Assembly: GCF_000150275.1 (NCBI RefSeq)
Contig: NW_002060943.1
Location: 2,919,302-2,983,301 of the forward strand
Length of the DNA stretch: 64,000 bases
Direction of reading: 5' to 3'
DNA from: Trichoplax adhaerens
Lineage: Eukaryota; Animalia; Placozoa
Part shown: positions 40,401-53,300 of the stretch, piece after piece
Layout: each line of letters begins with the position of its first letter
How positions within the stretch are numbered: position 1 is the first letter of the stretch
The notes under the pieces: model-generated
Told to the model about the DNA's origin: nothing
The model's database searches: none
Seen by the model: the letters and a program-made list of their open reading frames with translations, nothing else
Translations under genes and position numbers: made by a program

Positions 40401-42692
40401 AATTGTACTGTAGGTTATAGCTATTTGAACAGTTTAAATTTTTGAGTTAGCGGATTGTAAATCTTTGCTGTTAAAACTCATTCATTACAATCACTTTTAA
40501 AATGCAGCGTAACATTTTGCAGAATTTTCTATATGCGCGTATTTTCTTTTTGCTAGCCTCTACGAATATGGAATACGTGCATGCTAACTTGTCCTTCTGA
40601 TTATTACAGGAGATGGGGCTCCATCACCTATCAATGGTTGCTCGATTTAACATTTTCTGATTTAGCTGACTCTGTGGGTGTAAGCTTAGTTTCTGGTTAC
40701 CACTTTTTTGAATATTATCCTAAGGTAAATTGGCTACGTCGATCACGATACACAGATATCCTCGATCAATAACAGTGAAAATCGATACATCCCATAACTA
40801 ATAGCCTATCTTTTATTGTATTATTAGACTATTTACAGGCATGATGCTGATAGATAGTGATAATTGAATAAAATAATACTCGTTTATCAGTATAATCATC
40901 GTTCAGACCCTAACGGTAATTACTGTACGACAGTTTGTTATAGGCTCCCTTGATATGCAATTTGTTAAAATATGAACACAATTATTATCGTGAAGCATGA
41001 TATTATGTTACTTGGTGCATAGTATAATATCGAAAAATTTTTGCTACTGTATTTAACTTTATTCTAGCTGTATTTCTTATTATTAGATTGGTAGGTGCTA
41101 ACTTTCTTAATCAATGGTGCTCATCCTTGTAGGACCCACACTGGAAGGACATGGTACTATTTTTTCGTCGTGCAACAAACCGTGAAATTGAAAAGATTAA
41201 TGAAAATGGATATTATGTTGTTAAGTATGCAGCAGAAAAAATTTATGCCTATACAATATTTATTATTAATATCTAAACTGAAAACTAGATTACTGTTAAT
41301 CTTATGTTCGAATTGCAAAGCAATTCGCACCCTATAGCTACAATTAATCTGTTTTTTCAATTTTAAGAACTGGCTGGTTTTACACAACTTTCTTTCTCAA
41401 TTGCGAAACTTACTTACCATGGCTTATGGCTAAGTATGATTAGCAGTACTTATCGTTGCATTCCTATAATAAGATCTTGAACTAGTGCCAAAGGGTGCAT
41501 CTTATTTCGGGCAGGTTTAGAAAGTTAGGTGGCAAAGTTATACAAAGACGGGTTGAAAGTTTATCTGAAGTAAGATATGACATCATAACATTCGCTAACA
41601 TCTGTATCCAATTTTATCCGAAATTTTGAATGATGTTCGACTTTACTCATCTCTTTTATTCCTCGTAGCTTGGCGGAAAGTATGACTGCATTGTTAACTG
41701 CAGCGGATTAGGTTCATATCAGCTGGCCGATGATAAAAGTTTATATCCAATTTGGGGTCAGCTAGCTAGGGTAACTGCAATTAGTACTTTTGAATCGACG
41801 AATAGGCACTGCACGCGTAATTGTAACACTTTGCTTTATCTCTTCATCTATGGGATACCAAATAGGTCAATGCTCCATGGATAAAACACTTCATAAGCTT
41901 TTATTCTAAGGAGAAGAAGGATGCGTACATTATGCCTAGGTATTGACACTTAACATTTCGTAAAAAATTTCTGTAAAGACAGCATTACCGTATACTCCAC
42001 ATAATTGAGCTTTTATAACTGAATTTCTTGACTAATGAAGATGCATTTGTTACTAGGGCAACAGATGTTGTTTTAGGTATATATAACGAACCACATAGGT
42101 GGGAAAACAAAGTTGATGACGAAATTCATGAGGAAACGATGCAACGTATCTATTCTGTTATGCCAAGCCTAAAGGTAAATTACGAAAAGTTAAGAAGCAT
42201 GGTTTATATTATAAAGCTCTGTTATCTATCTGTAGTTATGTAGTAGATAGCTTATTGTGATCTGTTAACTTTGCTGCAATCTAAACGCTATATATACCAA
42301 TAATTTTATGCCGTAGAACGCTAAAGTAACCTGGAAATGGTCCGGATTGCGACCAGCTCGGCCTGCTGTACGCTTAGAAAATGATCAACTAAATGTCAAT
42401 GGCAAGAAACTCCCGGTATTTTGCACTTACGTAGCATTCAATATATTTTGTGATACTGAATAATTAAAAACTGAAATTGATATCAAATGACTAGCAGTAA
42501 TTAATATTATGACTTCATTATTAATAGATCATCCATAATTACGGTCATGGAGGTTCTGGTATAACGTTGCATTTAGGCTGCGCCCTAAATGCTACGAAAT
42601 TAGTTATTGAAGCTTTAGGAATGCAAAGTCCCGGCATTAACTATAGCTATAACTTTCCACGAATCAGTCAAAACTACAGTAGCAAACTATGA
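37500..42692 (+). CDS. D-amino-acid oxidase / D-aspartate oxidase family flavoenzyme, 360 aa, peroxisomal
   Basis: Exons 37500-37696, 40610-40724, 41133-41224, 41368-41433, 41515-41569, 41669-41770, 41866-41939, 42057-42174, 42317-42415, 42528-42692 (1083 nt). [15 protein letters not shown] motif, [46 protein letters not shown]-terminal SKL (PTS1). DAO versus DDO orthology not resolvable by eye. Confidence 0.95.
38247..38291. mobile_element. Minimal inverted-repeat insertion with apparent 8-bp target-site duplication (possible hAT-like remnant)
   Basis: ATCTACAC - TAGAGACCCTCT - ATCAG - AGAGGGTCTCTA - ATCTACAT: perfect 12-bp arms and 7/8 matching direct flanks. Confidence 0.5.
39297..39498 (+). 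pseudogene. Degenerate duplicate of DAO-family exon 1 inside intron 1
   Basis: Colinear with 37500-37696 including upstream cttgatcgatcttatccttagccATG; carries +1, +1, +4 and -1 indels, GAG motif changed to SAG, and donor GT changed to AT. Intron similarity continues patchily to about 40140. Confidence 0.92.
39659..39838. repeat. Tandem repeat, 2 x ~90 bp
   Basis: ttttgattcgattttcta-aattgcat-gtatacgtcca-gt-gattattatta-cagaga...tgcac-tcccacc twice. Confidence 0.85.
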
Positions 42693-45600
42693 AGTTATTT
42701 ATGGGTTAAGCCAAGGCTACTTCTTAATTCTTGATGTTAAATTTTTCAATGTTATGCTAACTTAAGATTCTTTATCATAATCTATCATCTAACTAAAATT
42801 TATGCTTTAAATATTTTAGTCTTTGTTACCGTAAAATTTCGTTTGCTTTACTAATACTAACTAATAATTATAATTAGTGCAATTAGAGTAAGCTGAAAAT
42901 TGTCGATCAATAACTCACTCATTAAGGAATGCTTTAATTTTTATGTCAGGTAATTCTATACACTTGTTATATATAGCTTTAAAATGCTGCCTTTTAATTT
43001 GCAAGATGATCAAGATTCAATTCTGTTTTGTTTGGTGATATATAGTGAATTCTTGACTAGTTACATGATCCAATAAATAATGAATTCCGTTAGTTATCGT
43101 ATAATATGACGGTCTATAATGCAATACCAAACAATTAAAGTTAGTAAGAACGGCAACTGAAGTCAATTAAGTAAAAGAACGGGCAGAAATAATATCACTT
43201 AACGTACCAAACCAAAGTAGAAAAATGCTCAACTCCCAAATCTTATCAATGATTCTCTAGCAGAGTAAAGGTTGCACTCCTGTTCAGGAAACTATTTCAA
43301 TTGATGAATAAAGATAAAATGAAAGTGCAGCTTTCAATGAATTCTAAAATTTTTAAAGTAATTATGTACCTTAGTTTTATCTTGGGAGTTAAATGATTAC
43401 CATTGTAAAGGGATTTGTACAGAAAATAACGATCTATTTATTTCTGTACTGCTTCTTCAAAATTTGTTATTGATATCCCTAATTACTTACTGCGGTATTC
43501 TTTTTTTTAATTTTTTAAAAAATAAAACTCGGAAAGCATGATATCTCTACACCTCTAAGTTGCCCTTCCGTAGTTGTCAAATAGGTAATCACTATCAGAA
43601 AAAGCTAAACATCTTTCGTGACTGACTTGGAGATAGTAAGTTGAACTGATTTATTAAATTCACATACAAAAGGTAGAAGTACAGAAACACTGGGAAATCC
43701 TGGTAAAATATTGAATAAACGAAATGCGCAGATCATGCATAAACTTTATATAACCTCGAAGAATCCCTTATATTGGTCGTAAAATGGTAGCTAACCAGAG
43801 GACATAGCTAAATATCGTATATATTTGTCACGACCAAGGTTGTAACACGAGGAGATAATATACGTATATTATAAGTATGTTATTCCTTACCCTCGTCGAT
43901 AGAGTAAAACTTCTTCGTAACTTGATATAAAGTAGAATTATTCTGTAATAATTATTATTGTTTCTATATGGATATAATTAATCGGTACTAGTCTATCATT
44001 TATCCTACAGATAACTTTTTGATCAACGTATATATTCCACTTTACTATAACGTTATATACCATAAGTATAGAGAATACGATCAGAAATCAAATCTTTCTA
44101 AAAATTTTGCTATAGTAGGCTATAATAATCTACGCTCTAGAGCATTCGATGAGGCGATACATTTACTTAGAAAATTACGAAATCTACACTAATTTCAAGT
44201 CCTATTCAATTATTCAAATTATGTGAACCTAATAAATTGATGGCATATTAAAACTATTTAATATAAATTATGATTTTGAAACATTAGTCCAAATTAAGAG
44301 ATTCCCTATGAACAATGGTGTTTAGATCAGGATAACGTGAACTATAACACTGAAATACCGACACGGTACTATTCTTTCTATTTGGAGGAGGGAAAGGGTA
44401 AGAGAATGCTTATGTTCATGAGAGAATGTGCAAATTTTTCCTTGAGTAGTCCGCACTTATATTAGTCGTCGACAATGAAAACTTTAAGCAAGATTCTGTC
44501 GTCACATTACGATCAAAGGTTACCCTCAACCTGTTCCTCATTCAATCGTCGGTAAAGTGAACGTCGATAAATAATCATATTCCTATACACGTATAAAAGG
44601 AGCAGCGTTTTCGACTATGATTACCCCACTGCTTACAATTTATGTGCTGTGTACTGTAGACTACTAAATTATCGTAGCATAGTCTGTACTATCCTGCTCA
44701 GTAAGGCAGTTACGCAAAGTATCGTGAGCGAGGAAAGGTACTAATTTATAACTAAAGTGGACATTGCTTTCTAACTATAGTATGATCTTAAAGATATCGT
44801 GAAGTCGAAACCCTAATAAGGTAGAGCGACCAAATGAGGAAAATAATTTTGCGCTATAGAGCTTTACCACAATCCATAGGATATTGTAACAAACAATTTA
44901 CGAACAAAGTTAGTCTATGATTGCATTCTAAATTGTAAAACAGAATCTATGAGAGAATTAATACGAAATAGACATCAACGAGCACAAAGGTACGATCACA
45001 AAACAGGATGGTCAGTTGCAACTTCAAGTCAGTATTAAGTTTAGCGAGAAAGAGAAATGAAAAGAATGCAATTCTACTAAATAACAGTCGTTTAACCTAG
45101 TCTCAATATATACACAATTGCGATTTACAAGAACTACTACCTCCAATAGCGTTGTCTACCCTGTTTAAACTGCGTCATTAGAAGAGCAGAAAGGTCAAAT
45201 TCTTGATTTAAAAGGTTAGTTCTAATCTAGTATAGATATAGTGCTAGTCTTAATCTAGTCTTGATCACAATATTTTCCCTATCTACAAATAGTGACTTCA
45301 GCGAACTGAAATAGTCCAACGTTTTGAAAGGATAATAGTAATATGAAGTAAGAAAGTATGTAGCATGTAGAATGGTCAGTTCGCTATCGAAGAAGTGATG
45401 GTAGAGCCGCTACATAGTGAGAGGTTACGGTATATCAAGATAGAGACTTGAATTATAATACTGCTAGAATCATTTTAGAACGATATTCCATCGAAATAGA
45501 ACATCATAGGTCTGTATTTCTCGATTGGGGGTTGTTCTTGAGTAATGCCCAGAGAGATTTACTGTCTCGCAAGATCATATAAACTATTCTCAAACGTTGC

Positions 45601-47342
45601 TTCTCAAACAAACAAAATAGCGTATTCTTCTGATAACTGGATGTTAAAGCATGATAGCTACCATGTACTTACAGTGGTGTATCTATTTAGAGTCGCATAT
45701 CGATTATTTAGAAATCATAGGTACTCAAGATGTTAGTAAATGCATTGGTGAAATCGCAGGCGGTTATGGGCGGACGAACTATATTTTTGTGAAGATGACT
45801 GGATAAGTGACTGTCTCAATTTCTGCAAGGCTGGTTCATGAAATAATCACTGAATCGGGTTATTTAGTTTATCGCTTGCCGTAAAATTATTGGACGAAGG
45901 CTTTATTTAAGACTCTTCACTATCAAGAACCGTTTGTTAATAAAGCTCAATATCCAACTGATTCCTCTTGAGATATGATTGTAAATTAATCCTCTTATTA
46001 TATGTTACATATTGGATTTTTGTATCACAAATACCGGTACTTTGAAGTATCTGCTTTATGCTATATGAACAAAATCAATCTTGCAAAGGCTCGTACTACC
46101 TTTTTAAATATTTATATTACTGCACTTATCTAGAATATTGCCTATACATTTCATATACCCATATGTTATCATTCTCAGATGATTATACATTAGCAAGATA
46201 AGTATCACACGGTGGCATTTAGTATAGCATTTTATACAGGTGGAGGCGGTAATTATTTTACTATACCTCACTATATTCTTATAGCCTAGTAAACTTAACT
46301 TTTTTTATCTTACTATGATCATCTATGCTATTAGCTCCGTATTTAAAAAGTAAAAGTAGGAAATACTATTCAGTTGGAATAGAACCAACTCTGTAACACT
46401 AATTCTTTTTGGATGATTATCTTATAGTTGTCATCTCAGAATGTTATTAGCTATATGTTGTATGATGTTGTACGTACAGTATGTATAAAGTTAATCTTAC
46501 AATACTAATTTTGGGGATAATTTTATCTTCCTGTATTGGCATCTCTGAAATTAGCTATGCACGAAGTATTTAATTTAAAATGCAAATTAATATTAAATAA
46601 CTAGCCGAACTCGCATACCTAGCTATCGATTAAATAGAAATAATAGATCGGCTAAAATACCATAATGTACCGTTACATAGCCATATCTGAACTTTAGATG
46701 CAGTGTATATTTTCGCATCTGTCACAGTGTCCAATATCAAAGTTTATTACTTACAGAACGATACAATTTATAGCCCTGTTTGATATCTTTTCCTTGAAAA
46801 TGAGTAGGAAAATAGATAATGAAGTAAAATAGAGGCTTTTACACAGTCCACAGTATGATCATGACGTCAGCTAGGATAGGATCGGGGGTGTTAAGGATGG
46901 TATGTTTAGCGAAGGATGATGGGATGGGCTGTTACTGGTGGAATAAAATTGCAGGTAGTTTAGTCTGAGATCTAGCAATGTACTTATTGCGTTATCTAAT
47001 TTTTACTACAGTATTTTCGACAATAAAATAAAGTCATAAACTGTTTCTATCCACAATGGCTAAAGTCAAATTACTAAGAGACTATCTTTAGAGTATAAAT
47101 AGGAAAAGCAATGATTAAAAAAGCTTATCTTAATGATATACCAAAAATCTTCAATAAGAATTTGTTCTGTTAGTGGTAGATAGAGTTTATTAATAAACGA
47201 TATAAACGTTTATATTATAACCACGAAAAAATTATTTACAGCATCAACTCTTTAGTAAATTTTTTTTCTATCAAATCATATCGGGTTGGAATTGAATATC
47301 AGAGATTAGTAATGATAACTGAAAGTTGTTTCTGCCCATGGA

Positions 47343-50300
47343 TCAAAATGAATATTGACTTAAAAACCAAAAGTTATAGACGAATAAGGCTGCATGTATA
47401 ATAGTAAGAAAAACAACCACATAAAACCAATTTGCTGATGGTGATATCGGAACGCTAATATTCCTGAAAACAGAATTTAAATAAAAATCATCTCCTTCTC
47501 TACATTTTCATCATTCGGCAGTAAACTATTGCAATAATTGAATAGAACTTTAAAATATTGTTACTAGAAGCATTACAACGGGAACAGAATGAAAAAATTA
47601 GATTATTATTATAATATTTCAATCTGCTAAATCCATAAAGGAACGCAAACTAAATTGCTAGGTAGTCTAATATTATTATAAAGTCATAAATAGAGCGAAC
47701 CTGTATTTCGTTACAGCGGACGTTCGATATAGAGCTAATACGAATATAGAATCGACGATATATTTCGAAGCTGTTTCAATGTGATTTATCAAGATAAAGA
47801 ATCCCTATAGTCCAGTAGACAAATGAGAATAGAGATCAAAATAATCTATTTGAAATTTTAATCCAACAACATTTTTGATAGCATCCACAATTCATCTTAC
47901 GAAAACAATGGATGACTTACTTTGGGATTTAACATGACTATCAATATTATTAGAGCAACATAGATCCACTGGATGAGTTGGTCCAATACTCTAACAAAAC
48001 AGAAAGGTTATTAGTATTACTAACTTAAGAAAGCCCGAATGTTAGATCGATATTTTAAACGCCTTCTAACTACAAGTATTCGTCAGTAATTAATTACAGG
48101 TATACGACGCCATATTTACGTATTGTATTACCTATCTGGAAAATTTCCTTCTTGATATTCGACGTAGTGTGCATCTTTACTAGCATCTTCATCTCCAGTA
48201 CAACTGCATGATATCTTGGAATTGGTCATCCTTTCTCGAATGTTGACTAGCATGCCACTCACTTATAAACCAATAGCCAAAATACAAATAAATAGAATCA
48301 CTGGTTAGGATATACATAAAGTTTGATAGATGTGGTCTCGCTAGATTTATTTAAGACTTCAATAAGGATACTTACTCCAGCTAGAAGCAGACATGCCATT
48401 TGTTAGATATGATAACGTTGTCGATAACACGATAAATAACCTGATAACTAAGGCTAGCCAAGCATATTGGGGGTAAAAATCTTTTAAAATCTACAGAATT
48501 CGATTAAACAAAATAATTTCGTTTATTCAATAACTCAGAAAGGATATTCTTAATTAAAGTTGTCGTAAAAGAAGTAAAAGTGAAGTATAAAAATTAGATT
48601 ACAGAATTTACGTGCGATTTCTAATATCAATCTATAGTATTTAATAGTAGAGTTAAATACTATAGTTTTGGAGATAAAAATTTTCAAGATAACGATTATA
48701 CATACGTGAGTTCATATAAAGTAACTCATCGTCTATGCATAATAACAAGGGTAAATAACTATAATTAGAATTATCATTTACTTATTGAATTGTAGAGTAT
48801 GTACACTATTCGAAGTCTTGATATGAAATCGAAACTATCTACCATAATGTTTACGTATAATCACTTGTAAACTTACTGCTTAATTCTGATGAGTTTGCAG
48901 TTGATACCGTGGTAGTAGAATTGTGATATAAATACAAACTATTGATAGTTAATTTACTATAGAATGAAATGTCAGTTAGGCTATAATAATTTAACTGCAT
49001 GTAGTCAGAGGACGAGCTTTCCAACATCCTAGATCCTACACGATCTGAGTAGAGATTTAGTAACTGTAAGTGTATGTATGGTATGTCCGATACTAATTTA
49101 AGTAACTTACAAAATTTTACATTCACGCCAGTTAACACTGGAATTGACTGTAGAAATTTATTTAAGTGCATATGTTTGCAAGCAAAGTAGTAATTACTTA
49201 AGAAGCGTACTGAGATAGTAACTCGAAGGAAGGTAGCAATCAATCAGTTTTCTGCGAAGTATCACCGAGAAAATCGAAATCTTATATATCGCTCGTATAA
49301 AGACTGAAAATACAAGGGGACGTAGCCAGAGTTATTGTACTTCTACTAGAGTTCTTTGCAAATCTTTGCCAAAAATGAGGATTGTAACAATGCGCAAAGC
49401 TGCGATCAATCGTTTGATAGTATTTAATGCTAATAATTCATTATAGATGTTTCTTGACTACTATATCGTCAATTTTTCACATGCAGCTCAAAAAATGTCA
49501 AATAGCGTAGGTATGCAATGCAGTGATATCAATAAGGGATAAAAAACTCTACTATAGTTATGTTATACGTACAGATCAATCTAGGAACACAGAATTTACA
49601 ATACTTACGATCGACAGTGGTACAGTCGAGATTTTACCATTTTCGGCAGCCCTTACAATTAGAAAAATAAATAAGTTATGTTTATTACTTTATGTTATAA
49701 ATATCGGTTACTGCTACTGTTATTATCAACTTGTCAAACATCATATTTAAAACTTACCATTTCAGAGTTAATTGACATGGTATTCCTGATTCTGTCATAT
49801 TTGCTAGAGATATTCCATCTCGAATCATAGGGCTACATGTTTGTGGTACTACATACAATACGGCATAACACCTGATCATGTGTACAGTAAATGTTAAACT
49901 TGAAAAGTATTGGTATCTGTAGCACTAAATTAGCCTTTATCATGCTTATTCATTTTGTACATAAGAATCGTATCTACTTATTTCGTAAGATACTTTAAAA
50001 TTAAAATACAATATCTTGTAGACGATGTAATATCCCAATAGCTCTCAATCCAATATTTAAGATACTTATACATACTTAAAATATCCCCTAAGTTATAATC
50101 AAATTCTCCTCATAGATTTATAAATTTGAGATTAATAATATTGCAAAATTAAATTATCTGTTTAACTATCGTAGACATGATCATCCAATTTATACATTCA
50201 AATTTCAAAGAATTTACAATAAACTACTTTTACGTATTAAGATAAAGCTTTCGATAATTCATATTTTCTATTATACATATATTAGATTTATATCAGTTAT

Positions 50301-53300
50301 TTCTTATAGAAATTAACTACTATTTCATCATTACCATAATATGTTGATAACTCCTGTTGTGAATTTAGCAGCAACAACAGCTCCAAAGAAGATGATAATC
50401 TAGTAAGTAGTATTATTTAATCGAAACATTGAGATTAAAATATGTGTATTAATATTTAGGTAGTTAAACAAAGTTATTATTCTGAATATACACTTCATTT
50501 AAAGTACTATATGACATCACAACATCCATACCTGTTTTCTGTCATATTGGACATAACTGAAAAAATAAACTAGCGCCCTTCCACCCCCAGCTATAGATTA
50601 TTGTGAATATTTCGGAAAAGCATTATGGAATTAATACGGCCACTTACACTTAATAATCTTACAGAGTTTATTTTTATTAAGAAACTCGACTACTATCTTT
50701 TGTTCTACTATTACAGATTGAAAGTAGTTCTTGATAATTATAGTTGATTATTACTTACATATGCTCAAGAGAGTTAAGAATATCGTATCGCCACTATATA
50801 TCCAGTTATTTGAAATATCGTTGCCAATGCTTTTACCGATAATAAAGGATATTATAATCTAAAGAGAACTTCAATTTAACTGATGTAAAGGTAAGTTAAA
50901 TTTTTAAAACCTTAAAATTAGTTTACTAGTAAGATAATATCTACTGTACAAGGCAAAATAGTTAGCAATAGTGAATAAAGATGAGTTAATGTAAAATATA
51001 TTTTCAGGATAAAAAATTACCATTACGATAATTAAACCACTTCTAACGAATGATAAAGTAGGCAAGATTATCATTAGAGGCTTTTTAAGAAAGATGTAGC
51101 AAACAGCTGTTATGATGATAAAGATAGGGGCTATTGTTTCTGCGCTAAAGATAAGATAAAGAAATTATGATGATGAAAGATTATTCAGTAAATATATATG
51201 TATATCCTATAGTATAATTGCTACACAGCTTAAAAGACATTGGCTAAAGAATGGAAATATTTCACGGTTAAATAATTTTGATACAAAATACCTGACTAGA
51301 ATAAGTCCTGAATAAGCTTGGCTAGCGGCTAAGGCTACGATAATACTCCATAGAAAACTGTGAATAATAAAGTTTAACTTTAGTTATCGCATTATATTTA
51401 ATAAGATTAAACAAAGATACCGTCTTGCATTTCATTATATGTATTTTGATTAATATTGTTGTCAAACTCTATTATACGCTTACTTATTCTTGTATAAGTA
51501 TATTCTACATTTGATAAAATTATAAATATAACTAGCGCAATTTTAATAGCTGTAATATCTGCGCTAAGTATTAAGTGTAATTTACTTCTTAATCTTAAAA
51601 TGACTGCAATTCTCTTCCAAAATTAGGACCTCAATAAAGAGTTATATACTAGGAGCTTACTAATAACTTTCAAAAGTTTTACTGTATGTAAGATTAATTA
51701 GGATCATAGTAGTCTTTATATTTATGTAATGCGCGTATATCTGTTGTTCCCGGAATAACCCAGTCTTAATAATCTGCTAGCATGATGTTACAAATGAAAA
51801 GTTAGTTAGTATTATTGTAAGAGTATATCCAGGCTATGCCGGTAAGTTCCGATACATTTTCTTCTTCTAGCACATATTTACTGCAAGTACTGTAGTATTT
51901 GTAGCATTTTCATAATACCAGGTCTATGATATTAAATTAAGCTAGAATTATTGTCTCCATGACTTTAATAATTAATATTCTAGAATTGCATCATTTTCTT
52001 TAATAATGTAACTATCTTTATTAGTAATACTGGCATTACCATACTGTGCCAAATACATGTATAATGTATCAATTAAGACATTTAAAAATATTATATTTTG
52101 TACTTTTAATTCTATACTATCACTTTAATAGATACTCTTAATAACTGGTTTAATATGTAATTTAATTAGTACTTTTTAAATAGATAAAACTATACATTTA
52201 CGGTAATATCTCCCGCAAACAGATTTACTAATATTAATATTGGACAATAACGTTAAACCAATTAGCTCATTTCGTTATTAAAAGCTCTTTACTTGACGAT
52301 TTAAGGCAAGAAAGAAAGATTTCTTGGTACGTATAACTAAGTGTATGTCAATATAATAATTTTCTAGTAAAATAATTTTATACACTACGAATTCATATCC
52401 TATTTTCTCCTTACTATTTCAGAAGCATAATCAAGTCAAAAGTAATCCGTAGATATTTAGGTAGAAATAAGGCGGAAAGGAGATGGGTGTTGACATTTTT
52501 GTTTTTATCGATTTTTTCTCTCTGTTTATCATCCAGTACGATTTCTTCAGATTCTGACTCATCATCTAGAATCTAAAAATGAATATCAAGCCATTAAATT
52601 ATATCCGTTATTGTAATTGCCAGTCGCTTTACTAAATTCAGTAGCAGAAATATTGAATTTATGCTATCTATGTATAAACTTTAGAAGTACTATGTTATAC
52701 GGTTGAAGTAAGCGCGTAAGTATCTGATTAAAGCAATTTCATTCTAAAATATAATCTTAAATGTAACTTAAAATATGAAGATAACAGATTGCAAGCTAGA
52801 TTATTTTTATTGGTACTGAAATTATAGATCAGTAATAATTTTTATTGTATGATGACTTACATTTTGGCTTTCCTTATGAAAATATTTGATAGCAATAGCT
52901 TTTTGAGTGATTATTAAAAAGGTATAGCTGACCATTACCTGTTGTAGCGATATCCAGGAAAGAACATCATTACAGCTTAGTCTAAATAAGGATACACATA
53001 AATACTCAAGAATACGATTTATTTTGAAATCTTGGCAATAATTTCTGAAGCAAGAATATTATTGCGTTTTTAGATATACAACTTATACTTATGGAATTTT
53101 ATTCTCACGTTATAACAGTCTTTAGCTCGAAATACTAGACTACAAATTTCGAATCGGATAGCATGCGCACACGATTATCACTTATGAGCACTAACATTAA
53201 TGTATCTGTCACAAACTTATGTTGCGAACTACTACACTAAACTAATTGATTACTTATGCCTTGCTCCACTACACCTGGAGATCTACTGTATGGTAGTTCT

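Noticed and set aside
43826-44370. tgtcacgacc...tgtaaca resembling an LTR end
   Set aside because: No matching far terminus or TSD identified; too weak to call.
48851-49243. 130-aa ORF
   Set aside because: TTG start, inside a transporter intron, no recognisable homology.
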